A stretch of 64,000 nt of DNA from Antedon mediterranea (lineage: Eukaryota > Animalia > Echinodermata): assembly GCF_964355755.1 (NCBI RefSeq), contig NC_092677.1, positions 19,862,101-19,926,100 on the forward strand, read 5' to 3'. A program made the translations under genes and the position numbers. Positions 13,301 through 24,253 of this stretch are shown one piece after another. The notes below the pieces were generated by a model. It was given only the letters and a program-made list of their open reading frames with translations, ran no database searches and was not told the origin of the DNA. How positions within the stretch are numbered: position 1 is the stretch's first letter; every line of letters starts with the position of its first letter.

Positions 13301-16300
13301 CCGTCATATGGGTCGTTGATTTGTCCGTAGTCATTGCATTTTGCCGGGGATTCCCCATCATTTCCATAGTAGCCTATTTATCTTCATTTCCCTACGTCCA
13401 AAATATTGGTCCGAATTTCCGTAGTAATTACGCATGTTCCGAACTTTGAAATAACAGTGTTTAATTGCTTCTTTCTGCAAATTTCTTTCATATTTTCTTT
13501 TCTGGAGTGTGGTTTAAGCAACACTTGTACAGTTTAGTGGATAAATGAAAATGAATTTTTTAAATTGTTGTTTTACTGACTCACTTAGCATTTATTGAAA
13601 AATAATACAATTCAACGTTTTGCTCAATATATTTATAGCAGCAATTATTAATTGATAATAGGCCTAGTAATTAGTTTGGGGACTTCTGACGTTCGCATTG
13701 AAAGCAACAAATGTTATCCTTAGTCGCATTTTTATCTGAATTATTACTCATTTTGTTTCTATTTTGACATGTTAAAATATGTTAAATGCATATCGCCGCA
13801 AATTACTCAATTATTATTTTTATGTTGGGTCTGATATGTTCGTTTTATTATGCACCTGTGTTCTTAAGACATGACCTGAGCTCCATGGTAAAACATTTAA
13901 TTACTCCTGTGTTGTATTAAAAACCAATCAAATGAAGACGACAAAGTTTTATTAAATTTATTTTTTTTTATCACTAATTTTCTTCTTGATTCTGCTTGTG
14001 TTGATGTGTGAGTTCCTGATATTCCTCTTTGTTCCTTAGGTCACCTAAGCAATGGAAGGAAAAACGTTTTAATTAAATTTCTTTTTTTTTCTTAGCATTT
14101 CTTTTTTCATAACCAAACTATTAATACATCTGTACTAAGAGAGTGTTTAACTGTGTCACTGACAGTTGAATTTGTTTTTCGCCAAGACTCCATGATACAA
14201 CTAAACTGGAAACAACAAATCTAATAAATGCAAATTGTAGTGGAATAACGTTAAGAATGATAACACTGTAATGGTAGTAATAGTCATAAAAAATACTATA
14301 CAACAAAGCATGAGATGCGATAACTAATAGCAAAAACAATAGCACGGTCTAATATATGCGCCATAGAAATCTGTTGTGGCCGAAACTGTCTGTGGCCGAA
14401 ACGGTCATATGCCGTAAATTCATGGAATGCTCTTCCTGCCGCCAGTACAGTAGAAGTTGACAACAACCATACTATATAAAAGACAATCCCAGAAGGGATC
14501 CAGTCAAGTCGCCCCATCGCAAAGTCGCCCCATACAAAGTCGCCCAATACAAAGTCGCCCCGGAACAGTCGCCCCATCACAAAGTCGCCCCATCACAAAG
14601 TCGCCCCATCACAAAGTCGCCCCATCGCAAAGACGCCCCATCGCAAAGTCGCCCCAACGCAAAGTCGCCCCATCGCAAAGTCGCCCACGGTTTTATTTTG
14701 GTAGTTAGTACGCTGTTTTAATCATATCGGTTGCGTTTGACATTGATCACGTTGTTACTTTGGTCGCGCTAAATGTCGTATACATTATAATGTTTCCTAT
14801 TATATACATAATTTGTGGTTTAATTTTTATTTTACAGGTTTTAATGGAGTGATGTGCTTTTTAAAAATCATTAAAAAAATAGTTCCTTGTTTGAAAGTTC
14901 TAAAAAGATTATCCCTGATTTATAGTTTCGAAAATGTTAATTTAATATGATTTTAAAATTAGTTACCAGAGCCACAATTACGAATCTTTCTTCAACCTAC
15001 GTGTGGATACCAGCTCATTTTTTAGGATAATATAATAAATGTATAAATGTGTAGTAGGCCTTCGTATAGATTAGTTAAAACAATAACAGCGTTGTAAGAC
15101 AATGAGTGTTATAGACTATTTATTGATCATTTTGCATTTATTGACAAGTTATGTGTCTATTGTTGTATTTAATTTATTATGACTTTTAGAAATGAAGAAA
15201 TAAAAAATACTAAAAAAAAAAAAGGATTTCATCGCCGATATGATTGTTTTATACATGCAGGTATTTTAGCAAAATTGAAACGCTACATTTTGACCATGGA
15301 AAAACCATCGTAGAGTATCGTGTGCGTGTTTTTTAAAAAGGGGAATCCCCGACGGTCAGCAGAAAGACGTAGCAGCTGTGAGAAAACAGATACCAGAAGG
15401 CGCAGCTCCGATTGGTTTCAGATTGCGAGTCGCCTTTTATTCAACAGTACAGTGATCATTTTAATGAAGAAATTCTTTTCAACCCTTTTGGTTATAGAAC
15501 ATTCTAATTATCATGCCTAATAAATATCCTCATATCGGGTGTTTATTTAATTTTAAATTAAACAAGACAGTGAAGAGGCACGGAATAGTACGTACACGGA
15601 TGTACGACGAATACACACACGCACGCCGTCATCATTTACGACATAAGTGGTTATTTGATGCAATTTTATAATGGATATAATGATGCGATTGCCTTTCCAG
15701 GCTTATAATCAATGTTAATTGTAATACTAAATTAGTAAACTGAATGTTTATAAATAAATTGTTTTACGTAATTTGTTGCATATAAAATAAAAGACACAGA
15801 CGTAGCCTACGTTCCCTATCAAATATTTCACATTTAAATAATTATGAACTGTTATGCCGAATAATACTATAATCTTAAACTATGTTTACAAATTGTCATT
15901 TTTAAGGCACACATCTTTCTTTCTTTCTTAAACCTGTAAAATAAAAAAAAAATCAATTATTAATATAGCCCTAATAATAATAATAAACATTCATCGACCA
16001 AAGTAAAAATAATCTAGATCGTAACATCATTTTATCGCGACCAAAATTAAACACGACCGATTTCACGACGCAACGCGACTGATATCATCGTAAAACTCCG
16101 GTGGGGTTTCCCCATCTTCAGATGGTGCGTTGTATATTGCGACAACGGCTGAGTAATTACGGGGGTTTCCCTCTGGTGAGCTCAGTGCGACCGCGTAGTG
16201 ATTAGTCGGGGGCTTCCTCTCTGCTGATGATGGGGGAGCGTGCCGATCGTGTAACCTGAGACTACATGGCGGGGCTTCCCATTTTATGGCTACACGTTCC

Positions 16301-17677
16301 GTGTTATTTTTTGTATCATTGCGACATGTTACGCACTTGTAAACTATTTTAACGTTTTGGGGCGACTTTGCGATGGGGCGACTTTGCAATGGGGCGACTT
16401 TGCAATGGGGCAACTTTGCGTTGGGGCGACTTTGCGATGGGGCGACTTTGCGATGGGGCGACTTTGCGATGGGGCGACTGTGTCGGGCGACTCTGTAAGG
16501 GGCGACTTTGCATTGGGGCGACTCTGTAAGGGGCGACTTTGCGATGGGGCGACTTGACTAGCATCCTTTCAGAAGACGAGGGTCCGAGGGAGGGGATATG
16601 ACCGGTTGGGCCGCCGACAAGTTGAGCCGCCGGTAATTTCTATGAAACGTCCAGTGCGTCTTTTACGACATTTCGCGTAGTGATAGAGGGGTTTCCTAGT
16701 ACATAAGTTCATGGTCTTTAGGTTTATTGTGTCATGAAAATAAATAATATATATAATTACATACTACAATTTTGTTGGTTTGAACCGCCATAACAACACA
16801 GCAAAGGAAAGTAGTCATATTTAATAATTTAATTGTTTTTAATCTTTCAAGGTAAAAATGCAGTGCACTCCATAATATTTTTCTCGCGTAAAATCACGTT
16901 GTCTCTCAGGACTAATAGAGTATTGATACTCTTCAAATGAGGTTAAATAATTATTATTTTTTATCTACTATCTTTTAATATCATATTTTATTGAATTTTA
17001 CAATGTTAATACACAGAATATTTTACTAAAAAACGGTGATTTTATGCAATTATTTTACCGAAAAATGGAGTAGGCCTAGTTCATACAACTGCCGCCTAAG
17101 GGGGAAACATGTTTACGTCATTTTTGGCTAAAAACGATCACTTTCGGTCATGTTTTAGGCCTTATATTTTGGAATCTACAAACAAGTCAGATATTCATAA
17201 TTATTTCTCTTTAATTATAATATTTAATAATATATATTAAAAACCGTGATATATAAACTTTGGAATATACATCGTTATATCTAATAATTAATATAAATAG
17301 AACTTCTATTAAATAGAAACGAGCACCGGCGAAAGTAAGCATTTGGCGTTTCATAGAAAATAACGTTTTTCTGGCGGCGGCTCAACTTGTCGGCGGCTCA
17401 ACTTGGCCTAATCCCGAGGGAGGCTTTAATAGAGGCGCCTAGGCCTAGCCTCTAGATAGTGCTAGGCCTAGCCTAGCCCTACTAGGCTAGGTAGGCTTAG
17501 GCCTGGCCTAGGCTAGGGCCAGGCCTAGGTTTAGTTAGCCTACCTACTTACTATGCCTAGTAGGCCTACTAGGCTAGTAGGCTAGGCCTAGGGCTAGGCC
17601 TAGCTAGGATAGTTAGTGCAGGCTATTTTTTTTTAATTGAATTGTAACTTACCCGACAATAGCAGCAATGATAACAT
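1280..17677 (-). CDS. TMX3: Protein disulfide-isomerase TMX3, 5' part: join of exons 17653-17677, 10922-11000, 10641-10680, 8404-8527, 3239-3284, 1849-1929, 1280-1385; 3' exons lie left of the window
   Basis: Splicing gives an open frame MLSLLLLSGICLFAPMLVLGGGEGTFNPVLRLGDEFIELSKEGSWLVSFYAPWCGHCKQLKPTWTTVGKTFAMSNSHVKVAVIDGTKNSRAMDHFNVRGFPTIKFFRNGIEHTFSGPRTVDEIVTFAKRADGPPVK...; signal peptide, one WCGHC thioredoxin domain, GPRT motif as in TMX3; all GT-AG with matching phases. Confidence 0.88.
1849..1929 (-). CDS. TMX3: TMX3 exon 6 (FRNGIEHTFSGPRTVDEIVTFAKRAD)
   Basis: 81 bp, CAG acceptor, GTATGT donor, G-x-RT motif ending the thioredoxin domain. Confidence 0.92.
3239..3284 (-). CDS. TMX3: TMX3 exon 5 (AMDHFNVRGFPTIK)
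   Basis: 46 bp, TAG acceptor, GTAAGT donor, cis-Pro loop motif GFPT. Confidence 0.92.
4397..4640 (+). mobile_element. tRNA-derived SINE
   Basis: A-box TAGCCGAGTGG, B-box GGTTCAATGCC, CORE-like CAGTTCACTCAGCTGTAAAATGAG, (TTTACC)-like tail. Confidence 0.75.
6020..7042 (+). mobile_element. Degenerate Helentron-associated (HINE-like) repeat
   Basis: 5' GGTGGATAACCCCTTGTTAT shared with 57956-57975; 3' end GATGACGAGTTTAAATCTAGTT is the reverse complement of a similar end at 397-420; parts shared with 4880-5050. Confidence 0.45.
7161..7256 (+). repeat. 30-bp tandem repeat, ~3 copies
   Basis: (GCGCCGGCTGGATCATCTCCACACACAAGGT)-like unit repeated three times. Confidence 0.9.
8404..8527 (-). CDS. TMX3: TMX3 exon 4 (FYAPWCGHCKQLKPTW...IDGTKNS), active site
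   Basis: 124 bp, AAG acceptor, GTAAGT donor, thioredoxin WCGHC motif. Confidence 0.95.
8651..9276 (+). mobile_element. TTAA-flanked non-autonomous DNA element (Kolobok/Crypton-like), family copy 1
   Basis: TTAA|AGACCCCTTCCCT...AGGGAATGGGGCT|TTAA; related copies at 33521-35194 (-) and 59254-59795. Confidence 0.7.
9895..10540 (+). mobile_element. Helentron-associated interspersed element (HINE/DINE-like)
   Basis: TTTTACCTCC..AGGT 5' hairpin, (TGTT/TGTC) microsatellite, 3' subterminal GGCGGAGGTA, then hairpin and CTTGTTTT end. Confidence 0.65.
10641..10680 (-). CDS. TMX3: TMX3 exon 3 (FIELSKEGSWLVS)
   Basis: 40 bp, TAG acceptor, GTGAGT donor; WLV directly precedes FYAPWC. Confidence 0.88.
10922..11000 (-). 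CDS. TMX3: TMX3 exon 2 (ICLFAPMLVLGGGEGTFNPVLRLGDE)
   Basis: 79 bp, CAG acceptor, GTAAGC donor, in frame with both neighbours. Confidence 0.82.
11280..11425. repeat. TAGGC(C)TA/TAGCCTA-rich low-complexity tract
   Basis: Dense non-tandem TAGGCTA/TAGCCTA/TAGGCCT motifs. Confidence 0.8.
11430..14470 (+). mobile_element. Decayed CR1/L2-type LINE RT and 3' part, split by the insertion at 12503-14412
   Basis: QHGF.KGRSCLTNLL, DVIYFDFQKAFDKV, KFADD, LVRPHLE; FFTQRVVN(S)WNALP resumes at 14413 after the insertion. Confidence 0.85.
12503..14412. mobile_element. Non-autonomous MULE/foldback-like DNA transposon
   Basis: Perfect 9-bp TSD CGTAAATTC (12494-12502 and 14413-14421); termini carry inverted TTCGGCCACAGACA repeats. 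Confidence 0.85.
14496..16566. mobile_element. Non-autonomous MULE/foldback-like element with tandem-repeat TIRs
   Basis: Arrays of AAAGTCGCCCCATCGC (14505-14690) inverted at 16358-16560; termini GGAT..AGTCAAG; imperfect 9-bp TSD TCCCAGAAG/TTTCAGAAG. Confidence 0.85.
16594..17414. mobile_element. Non-autonomous MULE-like MITE
   Basis: Perfect 9-bp TSD CGAGGGAGG (16585-16593 and 17415-17423); termini GGATATGACC / GGCCTAATCC, like those of the 12503-14412 element. Confidence 0.85.
17430..17625. repeat. TAGGC(C)TA-rich tract at the start of TMX3 intron 1
   Basis: ~190 bp made almost entirely of TAGGCCTA/TAGGCTA/TAGCCTA, ending ~30 bp from the exon 1 donor. Confidence 0.85.
17653..17677 (-). 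CDS. TMX3: TMX3 coding exon 1 (MLSLLLLS-G)
   Basis: ATG at 17677, donor GTAAGT, phase 1 matches exon 2 and completes a hydrophobic signal peptide. Confidence 0.8.
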
Positions 17678-17939
17678 TACTGGCGATTATTATTACGGGT
17701 TCAGATGTGAAATTCAAGATGATCTAGGCTAGGCCTATATAGGATAGAATCAGAAGAATGAATGGTTTCATACAGCAGTAAGCAAAGATAGCTCAAGATA
17801 TGGTGGTGTAGGAACCGGCGTGAAGTTAGTTGGTTGGTTGGTTGGTTGGAGGAGGAAGAGATTAGGGAAGATGTCACGCTCGACTTCCCCAGTACAGCAG
17901 CTCCCAGAGAGATTTGTATAATAGCCGGTCGGTCGGCCA

Positions 17940-18030
17940 ACCAGCAGCCAGCTCACTGCTGATGATCCACACTTCCGCTTAAAAATTAGAGAACCGCTCG
18001 AGATAGGGCGCCTCTCACGACGAGTAGGAA
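17940..18030 (-). promoter_or_regulatory. Likely TMX3 core promoter / TSS region
   Basis: CpG-retaining stretch upstream of exon 1 with an ETS/GABP-like GCGGAAGTG (plus strand CACTTCCGC, ~17970-17978); TE sequence begins at ~18040. Confidence 0.45.
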
Positions 18031-18463
18031 TGTACTAGACTAATGTTTATCCTATTACTGAAGTAAACGCCGATCCTGAACCAACCAGGGGTAATTTAAT
18101 GTCTTTTAATCATGACAATATATACGATTTGTTAGTTGTCGAATGTAATAACAATACCTGTATGAATGAGATAGCAATTAACAAAAATAGCGAAGATATC
18201 GCTAGTATCAATAGTGTAAATCCTGATCCTAAGTTAAACGAGGTAAAAAGAAATCTAAATCATGTAATACTATTACTAACATTAAAATAGCATACAATAA
18301 TATCAGAGGCTACAAAAGCAAAAAGTATGATATCCAAAAATGAAATAGCTTATCAATAAAATTAATGTATTTGGAATAGTCGAATCATTTCTGAAAGATA
18401 AGGAAGAAATACAAATCAAAGGTTATAATTGGATTGGGAAAAATAGATCATCATATCACAATA

Positions 18464-19617
18464 GGGTTGGTGAAATTCAGTCCAAAATACGCAGAATTTT
18501 TTCCAAAATACGTACAGTTGAGGGCGCTATACTAATCCAAAATACGCGAGTCTTTCCAAAATACGTCAACTTGAGGGCGCTATTCATTTTCCAAAATACG
18601 CGAATTGTCCAAAATACGTAAAGTTGAGGGCGCTAGTCATTTTCCAAAATACGCGATTTGTCCAAAATACGTCAATTTGGAACCGCTTGTAATTTTCCAA
18701 AATACGTCAACTTGAGAGCGCTATTCATTTTCCAAAATACGCGATTTAAATAATTACTTTACTTCTTCTAACCAATTATTGATATTATTTTAATTACAAT
18801 ACCATATGCTTTTTATTATTATTATATATTATATGAAATAACTATTATGTTAGATTTCAGATTAGGTAACTTATTTGACCATAAGTACTGTACATTAAAT
18901 TGAAAGCGATGTTGGTCTGTCGAGCTCGGGAAAAATATCGATTTTGTAGATCACCAAATATATAACACATGCCCATGACTATGCTTAAATACTATACGTA
19001 CATGCTGCTTTTGTAGCCGGTTTATGCCTCATTTAAACTAGCTACGTCTGGCAATGCAATCGTACATCGTTCAGACATTATTAATGTATATTATAGGCAC
19101 TGTCTATTGACTGATGTTGGCACATATTTGTTTTTATTCAGTAATAAATGATTACATTGAAAAATAATAATTGGCTACTCTATGACATTTTATTTACAAA
19201 AAATTCTGCCTTCCAATACTTTCATTTATAACTAAAATGTACTTGTTTGTTTTACTCTAAGAAACTTTTTTTTAATACATTAAACTGTAATTCTACCTTA
19301 CACTTTCAATATGATACATTTGGAAAGGCTCTCGTATTTTGGAAAAAAGTTTGCCGCCCTCAAGTTGACGTATTTTGGAAAATTACTAGCGGTCCCAAAT
19401 TGCAAATTGACGTATTTTGGACAAATCGCGTATTTTGGAAATGAATAGCGCCCTCAATTTGACGTATTTTGGACAATTTGCGTATTTTGGAAAATGAATA
19501 GCGCCCTCAAGTTGACGTATTTTGGAAAGACTCGCGTATTTTGGATTAGTATAGCGCCCTCAACTTGACGTATTTTGGAAAAAATTCTGCGTATTTTGGA
19601 CTGATGTTCACCAACCC
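18464..19617. mobile_element. Foldback MITE with repeat-rich TIRs
   Basis: GGGTTGGTGAA...TTCACCAACCC termini; CCAAAATACG-based arrays at 18480-18745 inverted at 19330-19600; TSD not preserved. Confidence 0.8.
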
Positions 19618-19628
19618 GACTCTCATAT

Positions 19629-19655
19629 CATGGAGTAAAGATTCTTTACTCCATG
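19629..19655. repeat. 27-bp palindrome with near-perfect 7-bp flanking duplication
   Basis: CTCATAT|CATGGAGTAAAGA-T-TCTTTACTCCATG|ATCATAT. Confidence 0.75.
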
Positions 19656-19725
19656 ATCATATCCTAAAAAAGTCAAGGCGGGATCGGCTTCCTAATTAGG
19701 GACGACATTAAGATCATAGATTATG

Positions 19726-22172
19726 GCGAGAAAGAAAGAGAAAGTCCGACGAAAAGCTAAAAGAACGAACTCTGAAATGCATTGGGCCTTTCAGGTTACT
19801 TCGAAATCGCTTAAAAAACATCATAAATGCCAAATATCATCGATATGTGCAGAACATCGCCAGTACATTCAAACAAAATCCTAAACGGTTCTGGAGTTTT
19901 GTTAGAGGGAGAACTAAGTCAAAATCTCTACCTTCAACTCTAGCCTACACGACAACACAAAAACAGTTACATCGTCGACTATAGAAAGCGTCTATGTTTA
20001 ACTCAAGCAGTGATACGAATTTGCCAGAAATCGCGGTTCAACATGTTCCCAAACTTTCTGATATTACTATACATGTTGAGGACGTGGAGTTTGTACTCCG
20101 CAATCTTAACACCAACAAAGCCGTTGGTACTGATAATATTTCTCCGCTTATCCTGAAGGAATGCGCAGCTGAGCTTTCTTCCTCATTGTGTTGTTTATTT
20201 AACAAATCACTTTGCTTTGGTACTCTTCCATCTTCATGGAAAGCAGCACATGTAACTCCAGTCCATAAGAAAGGAAATAAAGAGGACGTAAACAATTATA
20301 GGCCAATTTCCCTACTAAGTACTGTATTTTTTTTTTATTTTTTATTTTTTTATATTTATATTTATACTGGGTAACCTCTTCAGTCAAAGACTGGTCTCCC
20401 AGAGGGCCCAGTTGGTGATCAGTGGCTGTGATGTATTAATACACCGGGGTAACCCCCTACTCGTCTCGAAAGATGTACTAGGTTCTTTAAAGTGCACACG
20501 AGCTAGATGTGTACACTGGGCCTACGGTTTATAGTCCTTATCCGAGAAGACTCGTTCTACCACCAGAACCATGGAGTGAGTGAGCCTCGAACCCCTGCCG
20601 ATGTTATGGCTACGTGATTAAGGTTCCACTGTCTTAACCGCTCGGCCACTCACTCATCTATCTAAAGTATCTATCTATCATCTATCTAAAGTATTTGAAC
20701 GGTGCGTCTTTGACAAAATATATCCTCATCTTGAACACAAGATATATGCTGGGCAACATGGTTTTGTTAAAGGTCGTTCAACAGCAAGTCAACTCACTGA
20801 GGTCATCAATGATTTTAGTATATAGTCTTAGATAAGCAGTTAGGTCAGACTGATGTAATTTATCTTGATTTTTCCCGTGCTTTTGACTCTGTGCCTCACC
20901 TTAAATTGATTCATAAACTTCAGTGCAGTCTTATGGTATATCTGGTAACTTACTTACCTGGTTTCGTAATTATATAACAAACCGAACACAGAAAGTTGTA
21001 ATTGAAGGTCAGTCTTCAGAGTGGTTCTCAGTATCATCAGGTGTCCCACAGGGATCGATTCTAGGGCCATTAATGTTTATCCTATATATTAATGATCTGC
21101 CTGATAATTTAAGTTGTGACACAAATATTGCTCTTTATGCTGATGATGCCAAATGTTACAGAGAAATTCACAGTGTCCAGGATTGCCATTCACTTCAGAT
21201 TGATATTGATACTCTGAGCAGCTGGTCTAAAAAATGGGATTTGAATTTTAATACTTCTAAATGTAAAATTATTTCTATTACCCGATCTCAAAATTCTGTT
21301 ATTTTTGATTATATAATTAATAACAATATTCTTGAACGAGTTAGTGAAATGAATGATCTTAGTATCATAATTGATTCTCATTTATCTTGGAAGGCTCATT
21401 ATAATTATATTATTTCCAAAGCAAATGGTATGTTAGGCCTGGTTAAACGTGTTAGTTTCCATTGTAATTCACATGTAAAACGGTCTCTTTATTTAAGTAT
21501 TGTTCGTAGTTACCGGACCTTGAATACTGCTCTACTGTCTGGTCTCCCAATTACAAAACTTATATAAGACAACTTGAGGGAGTTCAGCGTAGAGCAACTA
21601 AATTTATTTTAAATAATTTTGAAGCTGATTACAAATGCAGACTTCAAACATGCAATTTACTACCATTATGTTATAGGCGTCACTATACTGATATCGTTTT
21701 TCTCTTTAAGATTTTCAATTCTAATATAATTAATCCCGACAATTTATTTAATATTCGTAATCCACAACGTGTTACTCGTAGCTCTTCTTCTGTTGGTACT
21801 CTTTTTGATATTCGTCACTGCAGAACTGAATCTTCTTTTTATCATATAGCCTATCCCACGTGTTACCAGAATTTGGAATAACTTACCCAGTGAAATCCGC
21901 AACTTAAATATTTCTGTTAGTTCTTTTAAAACCAAATTACTTAATTATCTCAATATTTATTTTAAAAATAATTTTGATATTGAAAATGTGTGTAGTTGGT
22001 CGCTTTCTTGTCGGTGCTTTTATTGTAGAACGTAATTTATTTATTTTTCTCTGTTCTGGGTTGACCAACTAGCATAGGTGTTTAGCACCTGTTTGGTCTT
22101 TCCGTGCCTCCTTTTATAATTGTTTTGTCTTCTTATGTTTATGGCAGAAATTGAATAAATAAAAATAAATAA
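19726..22172 (+). mobile_element. 5'-truncated CR1/L2-type LINE nested in the larger LINE
   Basis: NPKRFWSFV, NYRPISLLS, QHGFVKGRST, GVPQGSILGP, YADD, A-rich tail at ~22155-22175. Confidence 0.88.
20336..20655 (-). mobile_element. tRNA-derived SINE with Deu/Nin-like central domain
   Basis: Minus strand: A-box TGGCCGAGCGG, B-box GGTTCGAGGC, then GTCTTCTCGGATAAGGACTATAAACCG...GTGCACTTTAAAGAACC...GAGTAGGGGGTTACCCCGG, A-rich tail; interrupts LINE RT at SLLSTV|SKVF. Confidence 0.8.
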
Positions 22173-22934
22173 AAATGTATTAGATACGAGATGTGATACC
22201 CTCGAACGACTATGGGTAAAAGTGCAATTTAATAGTTCTACCAATTCAATATATTACATAGCTTTAGTTTATTTCCCATGTGAAGGAACCGATCGCAACT
22301 TGACTGATGAGATGTTCGTCTCTTTATTAGCGGAAAATTTAGAGATCTCTCAAAATGACAATGATGCTAAAATAATAATTCTCGGAGATTTCAACGGCAA
22401 AATTGGTCACTTGATTAACGATGGAGACGAATCTATAAACTATAATGGTCAAGGACTTATAGATTTTAGTAATGATGGTGATCTGTTTATCCTTAACGGT
22501 AGTGAAAAATGTACAGGAGTATTTACGTGGGTAAAAGAATCAACATAAAAGTGTTTTGGATTATGGTCTTGTATCAACAAATATTCAAAACTATATAAAT
22601 GAATTCATGATAGATGACCAATGTAACTTTCACATAGGTAGCGATCATAACATGATTATAATTGATATGAATGTGGAATCATTTAATAATAATAAGACAA
22701 TCCCTGAAACATTTAAACAACGATGGGATATAAAGTATAACCACGATTGGACAACGTTCCAAGAGGAACTTAAATCTAAATTCACTAACTGGGACCCAGC
22801 CCATTTAGATGCTAATAAAGCGTGGGAATCATGGAAACGCCTTGTAGTGTCTGTTGCCGAAAAGACAATAGGTTATAAAAAACAGTCCAGAAAAAGTAAA
22901 CAATGGTTTGAATGTGATATTGAACAGTCAATGG

Positions 22935-23657
22935 AACAAGGCCATATAGATGGCTGCAGTCGCGTGCTTAGTGTTTACCGACCGACCGACCAACCTACCA
23001 ACTGACCGAAATTACTGAACATGTTTAAAAATGTTGAAATGTTTAAAAACAGTTATATTTTTTAAATTTACACGTGCATAGCCTGTCACTTTTGACGTGC
23101 TCGTATAACGTAATTTCGAGTTGAAAAGTAAGTCAAGAAAACAGAAATCGGGCAAAAAGAGTGCGCAATAACATTTAACGTGCAGTGCGCGCGCAAAAAT
23201 CTGCGCACTCATGGCAATTTTGTAAACGCTTAAAATTGCCTGAAACGTACTTTTATTTCATCGAAAATAAATTTTGAAAATTTTAAGCGCGCGTACGCAT
23301 GCGTTACATGCGCTACGCACGTAATTGTATTGCCATATGATGATTTATGCCCTGAAATTTATGAGTACCAAATTTTATTTAATTGTGATTCATGGTTGTG
23401 AAGATATGATTACAAACGTGATTTCGTTAAATCGTGCGTAGACCGCGTAATTTTTTATTGCGCACCGTGAAAACATAACCACATCGATTCCTGGCCATAA
23501 GGAATATACTGTGAAAAATTGACTTAGCTAGATTAAACTGATATCAAGATAAGGTCAGAAAGCGATAAAACGCATAGTGATACCGGACCGACAGACAGAC
23601 CGACAGACCGACCGACCGACATAGTGAACTATAGAGTCGCTTCCACGCGACTAAAAA
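22935..23657 (-). mobile_element. HINE/DINE-like Helentron derivative, copy 1
   Basis: Reverse complement of the 30297 and 43743 copies; subTIR AGTCGCGTG, (GTCY)n microsatellite, T-rich insertion site. Confidence 0.85.
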
Positions 23658-24212
23658 CGAAGAAAAGCGTGTCGAGCACACCGACTTTATTGTAAGAACA
23701 AAACTAATTCTGACTTTAATGAAACTATAAGGGATAATCTCTGGAAAAACGAAACGAATGTAAAACATTAATTAGACAAAAAATGATGCAAATCCGGTGG
23801 ATAGATGTTCAAAAATAATGGAAAAAGGCGGACCTCAGTCTAGAGACTTCTGGTCAGTTTTAAAAGGAAATAAACGAACGAACAGTGTTACATCTATAAT
23901 AATTCCGGGAACGGACAATGTAACATCAGACGCACCCATAATTAAGTCCTCGTTAACCAATTACTTTAATACCTTAAAGGCCGGTGCACACCAAACGCGA
24001 AGCCGCGAAGCGTCATGCGTCACGCGTCATTCGACGGATCGCTTTGAAAGTTGAATTGTCATGCGTCTATTAGTTTTTCTTGTCGGTTAACGCGTCACGA
24101 TGTGCTGATTCGTCGCGATTGCTAGGCCTAGGAGATAGTGGGTTGGCCAATACAATGCTACATTTAAAATAATCAGAGAAGATGACTGAAGTATTTCCTA
24201 TGTAAGTTTAAC

Positions 24213-24253
24213 CAGAGAAGAGTTAAATTAAAATGTAATTTAACTCTTCCCTG
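24213..24253. repeat. 41-bp palindrome CAG...CTG with GT...AC 7-bp flanks
   Basis: GTTTAAC|CAGAGAAGAGTTAAATTA-AAATG-TAATTTAACTCTTCCCTG|GTTACAC; arms match 17/18. Confidence 0.7.

Noticed and set aside
14457-16564. Repetitive ORFs (QSRP/KVAP/GDFA repeats) and a CRISPR-like look
   Set aside because: These are translations of 16-bp tandem arrays in transposon TIRs; there are no unique spacers, no cas genes, and the context is eukaryotic
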